DNA of 64,000 nucleotides from Mytilus edulis (GCF_963676685.1 NC_092355.1:63550001-63614000); one strand, 5' to 3'. Counted from the first letter of the stretch, positions 49,078-63,053 are shown. Program-made: numbers and translations. The notes: generated by a model from the sequence alone, not told the origin.

Positions 49078-51600
49078 TTTTGAGGGCAGGGGCCTGGGTT
49101 GGCCATGAAGATACTGTGGACTTCTGTCAGTAATTGTACCCATATTGAGGGCAGGGGCCTGGGTTGGCCATGCAAGATACTGTGGACTTCTGTCAGTAAT
49201 TGTACCCATATTGAGGGCAGGGGCCTGGGTTGGCCATGAAGATACTGTGGACTTCTGTCAGTAATTGTACTCGTATTGAGGGCAGGGGTCTGGGTTGGCC
49301 ATGGAGATACTGTGGACTTCTGTCAGTAATTGTACCCATATTGAGGGCAGGGGCCTGGGTTGGCCATGAAGATACTGTGGACTTCTGTCAGTAATTGTAC
49401 CCATATTGAGGGCAGGGGCCTCGGTTGGCCATGAAGATACTGTGGACTTCTGTCAGTAATTGTACCCATATTAAGGGCAGGGACCTGGGTTGGCCATGAA
49501 GATACTGTGGACTTCTGTCAGTAATTGTACCCATATTGAGGGCAGGGGCCTGGGTTGGCCATGAAGATACTGTGGACTTCTGTCAGTAATTGTACCCATA
49601 TTGAGGGCAGGGGCCTGGGTTGGCCATGAAGATACTGTGGACTTCTGTCAGTAATTGTACTCATATTGAGGGCAGGGGCCTGGGTTGGCCATGAAGATAC
49701 TGTGGACTTCTGTCAGTAATTGTACCAATATTGAGGGCAGGGGCCTGGGTTGGCCATGAAGATACTGTGGACTTCTGTCAGTAATTGTACCCATATTGAG
49801 GGCAGGGACCTGGGTTGGCCATGAAGATACTGTGGACTTCTGTCAGTAATTGTACTCATATTGAGGGCAGGGGCCTGGGTTGGCCATGCATGATACTGTG
49901 GACTTCTGTCAGTAATTGTACCCATATTGAGGGCAGGGGCCTGGGTTGGCCATGAAGATACTGTGGACTTCTGTCAGTAATTGTACCCATATTGAGGGCA
50001 GGGGCATGGGTTGGCCATGAAGATACTGTGGACTTCTGTCAGTAATTGTACCCATATTGAGGGCAGGGACCTGGGTTGGCCATGAAGATACTGTGGACTT
50101 CTGTCAGTAATTGTACCCATATTGAGGGCAGGGGCCTGGGTTGGCCATGCACGATACTGTGGACTTCTGTCAGTAATTGTACCCATATTGAGGGCAGGGG
50201 CCTGGGTTGGCCATGAAGATACTGTGGACTTATGTCAGTAATTGTACCCATATTGAGGGCAGGGGCCTGGGTTGGCCATGCACAATACTGTGGACTTCTG
50301 TCAGTAATTGTATTCATATTGAGGGCAGGGGCCTGGGTTGGCCATGCATGATACTGTGGACTTCTGTCAGTAATTGTACCCATATTGAGGGCAGGGGCCT
50401 GGGTTGGCCATGAAGATACTGTGGACTTATGTCAGTAATTGTACCCATATTGAGGGCAGGGGCCTGGGTTGGCCATGCACAATACTGTGGACTTCTGTCA
50501 GTAATTGTATTCATATTGAGGGCAGGGGCCTGGGTTGGCCATGCATGATACTGTGGACTTCTGTCAGTAATTGTACCCATATTGAGGGCAGGGGCCTCGG
50601 TTGGCCATGAAGATACTGTGGACTTATGTCAGTAATTGTACCCATATTGAGGGCAGGGACCTGGGTTGGCCATGCACAATACTGTGGACTTCTGTCAGTA
50701 ATTGTATTCATATTGAGGGCAGGGGCCTGGGTTGGCCATGCATGATACTGTGGACTTCTGTCAGTAATTGTACCCATATTGAGGGCAGGGGCCTCGGTTG
50801 GCCATGAAGATACTGTGGACTTCTGTCAGTAATTGTACCCATATTAAGGGCAGGGACCTGGGTTGGCCATGAAGATACTGTGGACTTCTGTCAGTAATTG
50901 TACCCATATTGAGGGCAGGGGCCTGGGTTGGCCATGAAGATACTGTGGACTTCTGTCAGTAATTGTACCCATATTGAGGGCAGGGGCCTGGGTTGGCCAT
51001 GAAGATACTGTGGACTTCTGTCAGTAATTGTACTCATATTGAGGGCAGGGGCCTGGGTTGGCCATGCATGATACTGTGGACTTCTGTCAGTAATTGTACC
51101 CATATTGAGGGCAGGGGCCTGGGTTGGCCATGAAGATACTGTGGACTTCTGTCAGTAATTGTACCCATATTGAGGGCAGGGGCATGGGTTGGCCATGAAG
51201 ATACTGTGGACTTCTGTCAGTAATTGTACCCATATTGAGGGCAGGGACCTGGGTTGGCCATGAAGATACTGTGGACTTCTGTCAGTAATTGTACCCATAT
51301 TGAGGGCAGGGGCCTGGGTTGGTCATGCACGATACTGTGGACTTCTGTCAGTAATTGTACCCATATTGAGGGCAGGGGCCTGGGTTGGCCATGAAGATAC
51401 TGTGGACTTATGTCAGTAATTGTACCCATATTGAGGGCAGGGGCCTGGGTTGGCCATGCACAATACTGTGGACTTCTGTCAGTAATTGTATTCATATTGA
51501 GGGCAGGGGCCTGGGTTGGCCATGCATGATACTGTGGACTTCTGTCAGTAATTGTACCCATATTGAGGGCAGGGGCCTGGGTTGGCCATGCACGATACTG
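49078..51600. repeat. Satellite array, about 38 x 65/66 bp, with higher-order structure, in EXT1 intron 3
   Basis: Unit ATTGAGGGCAGGGGCCTGGGTTGGCCATGAAGATACTGTGGACTTCTGTCAGTAATTGTACCCAT; 197-bp and 1178-bp periodicities. Confidence 0.98.
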
Positions 51601-54600
51601 ACATTACTGTAGATTCTTTATTATTCGTTGGATACCAATTTTCATGGATTTCGTGCAGACTTCGGCAAAACCACGAAATTAAATGTCAACTAACATGCAA
51701 ATTTTCCATCATCCACTCAAATTAGTACCCACTTATATATGAATACATGAAAATTTCTTGATCCACCACAGGCCTCAACCTTGTAAATTGATAAATCTTC
51801 TTTTTTTTTTTATCTAAATCTCAAATTGGTTCAATTTTTCAATAAATATTAGATTCTAGCATTTAAATTTGCTTTTTAGGGAATAATTTATATTGTGAAC
51901 TTGTTATATACACTTAGGTTACCAGGTTTTACAAAGTAGATTTGACACATCCTTCCAAACAAGTGCACCTGACGATTTCTAAGGAGGGTGGTAGTCTGTA
52001 TACTCTAGTTACATAAAAATAACGACATCTTCAGGTGTTCTTTTGAACAGAATACAGTCATTCATAAAAGAACGAAATATTTTACTGACGTGTCAAATTT
52101 AAAAAGATTTGTATACAATATTCGAAGGTGTTAAATTTGTTGACAGTTTTTCACAATGAGAGGTAAAAGGATGTTTTATAATGAAATAAAAAGTAAAACA
52201 TTTGTCGTCTTTTGTTGTTAAAATAGAACAAATCTCAAATAATTTTTACATTCTGTAAAAATCAGGTTAAATAGATGTTGAAATGGCTCTAATACAAGCA
52301 ATTTTAAGGAAATTTTCACACGTTTAAACCATAAAAACCATATAATGTTTAGAAATAAATATTTAAGAAAGATACATAAAATTTGAAATATTCCGGCAAT
52401 TCTTGTTGATAAATATGTGATATTGTATTCCTACTTAACATGATAATCACCGATCGGGTGACAAAGAATTAAGTTTAAATTCAGACACAATATAGCGCAG
52501 CTTGAAAGTGTAGAGTGGAGTTCAAATTTTTTTTAAATCTTTTTAAAACCGCTGTTCTTGTATGAATCATGGGACAGATTATTTATCTTAATTTGAAAAG
52601 TTATGAATGACATGTGGAATGACAGACAACAGATTGTACTAAATGCACTTTTGGTTGTTCACATGTGTGTGCATTGAATCCATCAATTTTTGTCTGTTTG
52701 GTTCATTGCTTTGCTAATTTATTCAGGAAGATATTTTCATTGAAAAATTTACAAGAGATCCTATTAAGTTTTTGAAGAAAGACATTATGTTTGTTTAAAA
52801 AAGTAACAATATAGGATGACAGGGTATAATTATTTTATACTTCATAAACTGTTGATGTTATTGTCCCTTATGAAGGCGACTCCTATGATGCAATTTACAA
52901 GAAATCTTATTTATTTTTAAGAAAGACATTATGTTTGTTTAAGGGACCACATCAGTTAGAAAAATAGGATGAGAGAGTAGAATATATCTTTTTTGAAAAT
53001 AAATTTACTGTTTGCGATTTCATTTTTATTAAGCAACTGGTGGTGCAACAGTGGAACCATTTAACAAATAATTGCTACCAACAAATAATGAATTGATGTC
53101 TACAAATCTTCAAATTCAATAATGTTATCCCAGTTTTAATGAAAATTAATAACAGACTTTTCCCAAGGCTTGTGCTTGCATATAAAAATAAGAAGATCTA
53201 CATGTAATATGATCACTACCACCATAAACCAAATGATGCATTCATAATTTCAAATCAATTGTGTATACATGGTCGATCAAATTGAATAATATTGACAGCG
53301 TTGCATCAGAATTCATATCTTATATATATATTTCTTAAATTTAAAAAAAACTTCAATTTAACCATAGACAATTTCAGACTATCAGTCAAAGAATTGATTC
53401 ATTTGAAATGAACAATGCAGACAGTTTTACAATAAAATTCAAATATTATTTCTTAACTTTAAAAAACCTTAGTTTTTAGCCATTTAAAAGAAGGAAACTT
53501 ATCTATTTTTACTTGAATAATTTTGCACACGCTGCACAATCTTAAGATCTAAATTTATACTAGATTATCAGATAACTTCCTATTATACAACATGTACAAT
53601 GTAAAGTTAACCTGCAATTAAAATTACTTTGATCAGAATCAAACAGTACATATATCCTTTTAAATAATGCAGTTAAATTGTGCAGTCATTGCAAATTAAG
53701 ATGAGGTATCCCAAGGGGAAAATTTTCTTTGATGGCAAAATACAGTCACAACTTGAGTGGTCTTTCTGTAACATGTTTCAAACTCTTACTCACAGAAGAA
53801 TTTTATTATCAGAAGTCTATTTTCATAGATTAGTTGTATGGTTGATTTTTTAAATCAATATCATGCACTTAAAACAAAAGTTCTTGGCCAAACAAGAGTT
53901 ATGTGACCTGATTGATCATATATGATATCCAGAAGGTAAATTTGAGGTCTGCAAACATGGCAACGGTCAACATACTTTCACACTAGCCAAATAAATAACA
54001 GAAATGTTGCTACATTTGGAACAAGACTCAGTAAGATTGATAAAATTTGAATTAGCTGTTTTGGTGAGCAATTTACATTAAAATGCTTGGAAAAAGAATT
54101 AACATCACCCAACCAGCAACAAGATGAAAATTTTACTTTTAAGGGGACCTATAATTGTTACATTTTACGTTGTTTGGTCTCTTATGAAGAGTTGTTACAT
54201 ATGCAAACATACTATCTTCCTATGTTTATATTAAGTATACTTATAGGGGTATTTCCAGCTCAAATTTACACTCCTCTCGTTAAGTAAAGTTGATAAAATT
54301 GGACTACAGTGGACCTCATTTTCTTTTGATAAAACACCAATTAGGCTACAGATAAAAAGTATCCTTTTGTAGGAAAGTTGATACAATTTGACTACTGTAG
54401 ACCTAATTTTCTCCTGATTAAACACATTTACATAATCCCCCTTACAGAAGTAATTCTGTCCTCAAATTTTCTGCTAATTTGCACAATCTGGAGATAAATA
54501 TGCTGTGTGTAATCAAGGTGTAAAATACAATTTGCTTATGTAAGCTTATACCCTGAATAAAAGGTAATTGAATAAGATCTAATTTTTGAATGATTTTTAT

Positions 54601-57339
54601 CTTGCTTGTTCGAAGGTTAAAATCAAATTTGTCACTTGGACTTTATCGCTAAGAAAACAGCTTGGCAAATAATATTTCAAGCATTCTATAAAATATAATC
54701 TTAACAAAATTATATGTTAAATCTTAGGAATCAAATTTTAACTCAATATGGACAATGAAACACACATTTATCAACTGGATGTTTAGATAGGGGGAAAAAA
54801 GGGGCGGTTAAATGTTGACAATTTGGTATGAATGGATTAAAAAATCATTTGGCAATATGACAAAGACATAACTACAGCTTTATGGACCTGAACTAGAGAA
54901 TTAATTTATCTTTTCAACTTTATGAAAAGTAAAGTTATTTTATTTCATATAGAATTTAAGCAAACATCTAAAGGGTGATTAATGTGTCCACTGCAGGGAG
55001 GCAATTTTATGAATATATAACCCTGACCCATAGAACATTGAATGTATTGTACCAGTTAGTGATTATTGAGTTCAATTTTGAAGACCTTCAATGTTGAAAG
55101 TAGCCAATGTCCAGACAGAAGTCTTCATCCAAAGGATAAAATAAAATATTCTTTAACTATAACGTATATTAAACTATATATATCTTCTGGGGATTTAATA
55201 TGAAATAATGGTTTGAATGTTGAAAGAAGCCATTGTTCAGACATAAATTGTCTTCTTCCGAGGATTAAATATAAAATATCTACGGTATATAAAACTATAT
55301 ATATCCACTTAAGTTTGCTAAATACAATACATGTAGACATGTGTCATAGATACATTTTTGCTTGCAATACATAATGGTCTAAACAACCAGTTGACATCTC
55401 ACAGTTGTATATTCCACCTCTTAATTCTTATATTTTATTGGTGGAGGACTTATATAGTAAGCTATCTTGAGTTTAAACATATTTATTTATAGTGGATAGG
55501 GAAACAAGTTATTACAACTTATATTAATCCCTTTCCACTTTGCAGTGCGAGTGCTGCCTAAAATGTAGCAGCATCTCTGAGCCTTCTTTTTTTTGAAATC
55601 GACAAGTGTGTCTTATACGTGCAAGAGATATTGCTCTCTCTTTACAAATCTTCATATACATGTACCTTAATTGTAATGACATAGTGCACCTATTCAATAT
55701 TTATTTGAAAATTTCATTATTTCCTTAAAAAAGTTAACTCTGAAGATGTCTTTCAGTTTTTCGAGTCTTAAGCCTACACAAAATCTCATTTTATTCATAC
55801 AAAATAATAATTAGCAACATAAAAGGTTTTATTATACTTTATTGTATGTGGGCCAGAAGTCAACACTGCATACATTGTGATGAGAAACCGCACTAAACAT
55901 GCTAAAATGACTTGCAAAATGTGTCTTACTCAATGAAATTGTTCTGTCATGTCTTAATTTTTAATTTAACAGGTAGTTAGTGTAATAATAGTACTTTTGT
56001 CCCTGGGCATATTTTATTTCAAGTCCTGCATATCATTTAGTTGTTTGATTTTGTCTGTGGGTTAAATCTTCATTAACTTAGTGACCTAGAATTTTAAAAT
56101 ATAGGCCACAATATGTAAAATAAATAAATACTTTTATTTCCATGTACTTTAAAAAGAGATTTTTATGAGCTTTAATCATTTTACTTGAAGAGAGAGTACC
56201 ATTTTGAAAGTTATGATATTTTTATTCCAAATAGAATTAGAGGGGACTTAGAGGAGACCACTTATGTCAGTACACCTTTCATATATTGCCTAGAATTAGA
56301 GGGGACATTTGATCAATTCTAATTAAAGATTCTTAACAATTTTTGAAGTATCCTGAACAAGCAGGAGCTATTTGCCACTAGAAATTAAGCATACATCAAT
56401 CAATCAATATATTCTTTTGACCCATGTAACGAAGTCAAAAAAGAGGATTAGAATAACTGAAAATTACCTAAATATATATGTCGATTGTGCCCTAGTGCCT
56501 TTTATTGCTTACATAAATATAAGTTTTACTCATTTCAATAACACAATGTTTATTTAACTGTTTTTATGTAGAATTATTTTTGAGAAAATATACGTGAAAA
56601 CTTTGGGCCCATATGCAAATTATTTATCCTGAATGGTAGTCTTAATTACAACTGTTTTGTATTAAAACATTTGTATCTTTTTGACTTGCTTCACAACTTT
56701 TGGTATTTCATTTGCTGTTATATTTTTTAAAACTCTGTGACACCTTGAATAGGTGGTGCTGAAAGGGTGATGTATAACCCTCACTATATATTGAAGCCAT
56801 AATTAAAAAAAAATGAAAAGATGTTTGTATGTGGTAATGTTGTGACACATTTCAACTTAATAGGTAAAATTAACCTAAAATATTTTACATGAACATGCTA
56901 TATTTGATAAAATTTTATATTTTAAACTCTTCCATATATTTATATAATATTTTTTGACATAAAAACGGTTATAGTTAAAATCAATATCGGTTAAACACGT
57001 GCATGAAGAGTACATTTATATAATATTTTGTGACATAAAAACACTTATATAGTGAAAAAACAATATAGATTATACATTTATATAATAATTTATATGTAGT
57101 TTCTTTAAAAGTAAATGGTTGCATTTTAATGTGTATACAAGATACAGGATGTGTGTGTCTACTGTTACTTCTTTGATCATGGAAAGGTAATTGAACTGAC
57201 GGGACAAACTTACCAAAAATTCAATTATTCGTTATTACATAATAGTTTGCTTATGTAACCAGTTAAAATGAAAGCACATTAGAGAATACATGGTTGCGTA
57301 ATTTGATGTTTTAACTTATTTTAATGGATTGGTAAAGTG

Positions 57340-58036
57340 TTCTGTTTGTATAACTGGTACCATGTTTGGATTGAGATATTATTAGTACCATGTCTGGACT
57401 GGTACCTTGTCTAGATTGAGATAACCTTGTCCTGGTTGAGATATTACTCTTTTATAACCTTCTTTGGAATGGTTGGAGGTATTACTGCTGTCTAATAAAT
57501 GGATAGATGTATTACTGGTACCTTGTCCTGAGTGAGATATAATTGGTTACATACCCAGTCCTTGTTGATATATTACTGGTACTTTGTCCTGGTTGAGTAC
57601 TGGTACCTTGTCCTGGTTGATATATTACTGGTACCTAGTCCTGGTTGAGGTATTACTGGTGGTACTTTGTATTGGTTGAGGTATAACTGGTACCTTGTCC
57701 TGGTTGAGGTATTACTGAGTCCTAGTCCTGGGTGAGGTATTACTGGTACCTTTTCCTTGTTGAGGTATTACTGGTACCTTGTCCTTGTGAAGGTATTACT
57801 GATACCTAGTCCTGGTTGATGTATTACTGGTACCTTTTTCTAGTTGAGGTATTACTGGTACTTTTTTCTAGTTGAGGTATTACTGGTACCTTGTCCTTGT
57901 GGAGGTATTATTGATATCTAGTCCTGGTTGAGGTATTACTGCTACCTATTCCTAGTTGAGGTATTACTGGTACCTTGTCCTGGTTGAGGTATTATTGGTA
58001 CCTAGTCCTGGTTGAGGTATTACTTACCAGGTACCC
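57340..58036. repeat. Degenerate minisatellite, about 28-bp unit
   Basis: (GGTATTACTGGTACCTTGTCCTGGTTGA)n, more homogeneous toward the right. Confidence 0.9.
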
Positions 58037-58597
58037 TTTTTTTAGTGTACCAAGAAACATTAATGACATATGGTTGTTAATTTCTATGTCATTTGGTCAC
58101 TTGTGGTCGGTCTGCTTATTTTTACAATACATTTATGTGTTATAATCTTGGTCATGGTTTTTTTTCCAAAACTTCATTGCATTTGTGTCTTAAGCGTAAA
58201 TTTATACAGCTGAATAAGCAGAGAGAAAATGAGGAAAACAATGCCAAGGTTATATAGATAAAGTAATACTTAAAAAGAATGTAAAGTTTTATACCTGTTA
58301 TATCATAATGATCAATTATATCTACCAGATGGTAAATCTCTCCCAAACTTTAAATATAATATGATAAATGATTAAATGTGAAGCTTCAAAAACAATAAAA
58401 TAGCTAAGCATTTAGTTTGTCTGTGTTTTATCATAGTTCCAAATCTCTGAGCCTACATTTTTGTGATGCTAATTATGTATATAGATAGATAGATTGTTTA
58501 GCTTTTTCACTTTTTATGTTTTATGGGATATGTTTTCCTATGGTAATTTGTTTGTGATATGTATTTTTATATAATTTGTCACAAACGTATTGTTTAA

Positions 58598-59161
58598 GGG
58601 GGCTCGCGGGTCTAAATCATTTTTTTTTATTTAATATAGGATTTCTCTATATTTTTCTATAAATGAACTTCATTTTATACTTAATCGAGAAATGAAATAA
58701 AAAAATGGGGTCACCGTTTATTTACGCTCACAATCTGCCTTCGAAAGAAGCATACATTTTTGTTAATTTCCTTTTTTCTGTTGAACTAATAGGAGAAATA
58801 GCGGTAATATCGAAATAAAAAAAGTGCTAAATTACAGAAATCGCTTAAATTTAACAATTATTTAGTTTATGTACAGCTTATTCGAAAACAACAATAAAAA
58901 ATGTAGGTCACCGATGAGTTAAAAAAGATATTTCAATTTTAATGCAAAAAAATGGCATTTATGCACCAAAGGGAGATAATTTAGAGCTTTTTCAATGATA
59001 TCAACATTTTAAGAGTCACCCGGGGCCAACACGAATTGACTTTTTGGAATGATTTTTGTACCATATGATAAAGTAACATCTACTAAAGGTTATAAATAAA
59101 ATTTGTAATGAAAAATTAATGTTTAATTTTTTTTCTGAAAATCTTATACCCGCGAGCCTTC
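58598..59161. mobile_element. 564-bp TTAA-flanked Kolobok-like element (candidate solo long terminal direct repeat), inserted in a LINE-like 3' tail
   Basis: TTAA|GGGGGCTCGCGGGT ... ACCCGCGAGCCTTC|TTAA; the flanks rejoin as TGTCACA..TGTGACA-AATAA-(TTGAA)n. Confidence 0.8.
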
Positions 59162-60238
59162 TTAAGAGTTTATATGTGACAATAATAATTGAATTGAATT
59201 GAATTGAATTGCTAATGATTTAAATCTATTATTTTGTCCCCCAAACTGAGCACCCAAAACAATAAAATGGCAAGCACTTAGTTTGTCTGTGTTTTATCAT
59301 AGTTAGAGATCTCAGCCTACATTTTTGTGATGCTAATATTTTTATCTGTATTATCTAGTCTGGTGCACAGATACATGTGATACTGCTGCATAAAGATGGC
59401 CATGTTGTTGGTGTAGTTAAAATGTGCAAATATATCTCTAACTTTCTCACAGAAACTTTAAATAGTTAAAGAGGAATGCAAAAAATTAGGGCAGATTTAG
59501 TGGGTGTCAGTGGTTTGTTCTTGTGTCTTTAAAATTGTGGCCTTCTCTTAACTATCCAATCACCATTTCAGAGTCTATTATGCATTCTGGGTAATATTTT
59601 TAAAAGCGTACACCAAGGTGTTGTGATTGGTTTAAAGCATTCTAAACAATGGATTTTTTTCTTCATTTTGGTGAAAGAACAATTAGAATTCCCATAGTCC
59701 TTTAATTTGAAAGAAAGAATTGTTTAAAGCGATTGGAAAATTATCAGACTTGGATTTTGTCTGATAAATGAAATTTTAAAGGTTATATCTGCAGGCTGGA
59801 AAAAACTTTTAATTAAATTATATATTTTGGAAGAAAAATAAACAAAGCACATCAGTTTTTCATGTAACAGAGATTTTTGTTCTTTCCTAAATCTGACTGA
59901 CAAAAAACGCTTGACAGGAAACTTCTGTTTGACATTATATCTTGATCTCAGATCTTGATCTTTATATATGTGATATATTATCTCTAAGAAGGCAGATAGA
60001 TAAAACTTTTTTATGAATAGATCTAAATTATAAGACAATTAAAATTAGTCTGAGAAGAAGAAAAAAAGCATTGACCCTGAGGGTAAAATCAAACAATAAT
60101 TTTTACATGGCCTAATCTGCAGATTTTTATATTTTGCTTTTTTTTGCCCATAATGGGCTTTCGCAAGTAAAAATCTTATTTAATTCCTTTGTACAGTAGC
60201 TGATTTGAACTGACATAATAGGAGGCTTGACATGATGA

Positions 60239-60484
60239 GGCCACAATTAAAAATATTTTGGTTTGCCCAAACCCTACCCAAAGGCTGAGACAGTGGGTAG
60301 GTAGGTAGGCATTTTCTTTTTTTTTTTTATTAAAGAGAAATTGAAGTATCGGGTGTTTATTAGTCTTCATGCCTATCTGATTAAAAAAAAGTTCTTCAAA
60401 TCAGGACAATAAAAGAATTTGAGTAGGCAGCTTTTTTCTGGGTAGGTAGCGTTTGGGCAAACAAACCTATTCTTTTTTATGGCC
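60239..60484. mobile_element. Second, inverted copy of the GGCC-ended MITE
   Basis: TGA|GGCCACAATT ... TTTTTTATGGCC|TGA; reverse complement of 48826-49074. Confidence 0.85.
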
Positions 60485-60865
60485 TGATGAGCTACCAGTT
60501 ATTTATCTGCACTTCCTCTGTTTGTATAGCAATCTGTTATTTGTCTCCCTTGTCACAGATGCATGTGACTAAATGGTGATACATGTCTTCCGGTGGCAAG
60601 GGCATAAACAATCATTACAGTTTATGATTACATAACTCAAAATACCTCTGTATAAACAGTTTACGATAAGTTTACTTCACAATCATGACAATATGAACTT
60701 ATGAAGTCCATATTTTCTGTATAGATGGTATGCATGGTGTACATATTATAGCCTTAAGAACTGAATTGATGCCTGCATCTTTAAAAATTTAAAGTTCCCT
60801 ATGAAATTAATCACCATCTTCTATAGCTATTTCTGAACCACTTTTTAGGGAAACCAGGAAAGCTG

Positions 60866-60952
60866 AAAGAAAACATTCAAAATATGCAATTCCAGATTTA
60901 GTCAAAATACTTTTGACTAAATCTGGAATTGCATATTTTGAATGTTTTCTTT
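60866..60952. repeat. Perfect inverted repeat, 42-bp arms, 3-nt loop
   Basis: AAAGAAAACATTCAAAATATGCAATTCCAGATTTAGTCAAAA-TAC-exact reverse complement. Confidence 0.97.
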
Positions 60953-61769
60953 GAATGCTTGAAAATCTTTGACTACACAAACTTGAAAAAAAATATGTAT
61001 ACCTTTAATATGTCATGATATTGTGAGGATATGCACCATTGCAGAACATTTAATGCCAATCTGGATCTTCTATGAAAAATTATTAAAATTTTGGACTTTA
61101 GTAAAGGCCTCAATGAAATACACTTGGAGCCTCTAGTTGATTTTTCAAGGCTGAAGGTTATGAATTTTAGAAAGGAGTGTTGATAAGGTATTAAATCATT
61201 GTTGGTGAAAACCAAAGAGGAATTCTTCCAGAATCAGCATATTGTGATAATATGTTAATGTATTGAAGCATATCAGTTCTCCCATGTTATTTTTTTCACC
61301 AGACCAAAACAATAGCATTAAACCTTAGCATGTGTCAAGTACATTATAAATTGTGATGTCTATCTCTATGTGAAACCACATTCTCAGGAAATCTTTTCGA
61401 AATTTTGACTTAAAAAAAATATAATAAAAAGCATCCTTTTTTTGAATGAATTTTCTTGAATGAAACAAACGATGTGATGTTGTTATAAAATGTATAAATT
61501 TCAAGTCTGGTATTTTGATTTTTTTTTTACATAAATATGCATGAAATATTTGCCACTACAGGTAGCAAATAATTGGAAGTCTTCTACAATTTTTACAAAA
61601 TTTGCAATCTGCTTAGTTCAAAAGATTTCACAATTAGATTTTACTGAATTTTTTGCAATTGTATCAATATGTCTTTTGATTAATATGATAAACCGTTGAT
61701 TCAAAGATTTAGAAATAGTCATTACGAAAGCAGCAAATACTATTTTTGATTTGAGCTCAACTGGAGATC

Positions 61770-61930
61770 CATTGGCGAATTCTAGGGGGGGGGGGGTCCG
61801 GGGGTTGGAACCGTCCCTTTTTTTTTTGGCCGATCAATGCATTTGAATAGGAACATATACCGGTAGTTAGAACCCCCCCTTTGTCATGGGTTGGGAACCT
61901 CTATTTTATAAGTGGCTGGATCCGCCACTG
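61770..61930. mobile_element. Same MITE family, 5-bp TSD
   Basis: AGATC|CATTGGCGAATTCTAG ... CTGGATCCGCCACTG|AGATC. Confidence 0.75.
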
Positions 61931-62696
61931 AGATCTTGCTTATTTTAGTGGATTGTGGAAATATTATGGAAGTTGCTTTACATCCCCCTCTTAAAATTAT
62001 TGTTTCGTTGGCAATCATATCACATCTTCTTACTGAAGACAAATTTTTTGGACCCATAATCCAGGCTTTTGATTTGGGTTTTAGGCTTCAATTCCTATGC
62101 TATCACCTAAGCAGTTCATCTTTATTACACACTTAGTTAAAATATCATTCTTTCTCATAAAGTGTAATCAAAGAATCTCTTAATGTGTTATCAAAGAGAT
62201 GATAATCTTAAGGTTAACTGAGATAACATGCTCACAGATGTCTACTTTGAAGTTTTATACTATTTATCTCAATTAATTTGTATTAACTTGTGTATTTTGA
62301 GATGACCATTAAATTAAATGGTTTTTTGTACTGAGGTTGTATTTGACAGTTTAATGAGGGCATTGATGACTGTTATCAACATGAAGGAATGTTTTTTTGT
62401 CTCTTTAGAACATAACATAAAAAAGATGTTTAAAGAAAAAGAACCTTTTACTGTATAACATTAGTATTATCATTTGATAATGATAGATGACGAATTAACA
62501 TTTAGAGTGGATTTAACATGTGAAAAGTCTGCCTTCACCAAAAATGTAGCTCCATACGGGTCCAGACATCCCCCCTCTCAAATTCTGCCACTTTAATTCC
62601 ATGAAAATAAAAATGTTTCTATACAGTAAAACCAGTAATCGCTTTGATATGTCTGAATAAAAGAAAGCTAACATTTTCAAATAGACTGGGCTTGTG

Positions 62697-63053
62697 TTTT
62701 TATGCCCCATCTACGATAGTAGAGGGGCATTATGTTTTCTGGTCTGTGCGTCCGTCCTTCCGTCCTTCCGTCCATCTGGTCCTTCCGTCCGTCCTTCCGT
62801 CCGTCCCTCCGTCTGTCCTTCCGTCCGTCCGTCCGTCCTTCCATCTGTTCGTTCAGGTTAAAATTTTTGGTCAAGGTAGTTTTTGATTAAGTTGAAGTCC
62901 AATCAACTTCAAACTTAGTACACATGTTCCCTATGATATGATCTTTCTAATTTAATTGCCAAATTATAGTTTTGACCCCAATTTCACGGTCTACTGAACA
63001 TAGAAAATGATAATGCGAGTGGGGCATCCGTGTACTATGGACACATTCTTGTT
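62697..63053 (+). mobile_element. Short pearl/HINE-like element; other copies at 29655-29950 and 39300-39455 (3' half)
   Basis: TTTTTATGCCCC..GGGGCAT, (GTCC)n tract, 3' GGGGCATCCGTGTACTATGGACACATTCTTGTT. Confidence 0.8.

Noticed and set aside
49078-51612. CRISPR-like appearance and many repetitive ORFs in the 65-bp array
   Set aside because: Units are contiguous with no unique spacers, there are no cas genes, and the context is a eukaryotic intron; the ORFs are translations of the satellite
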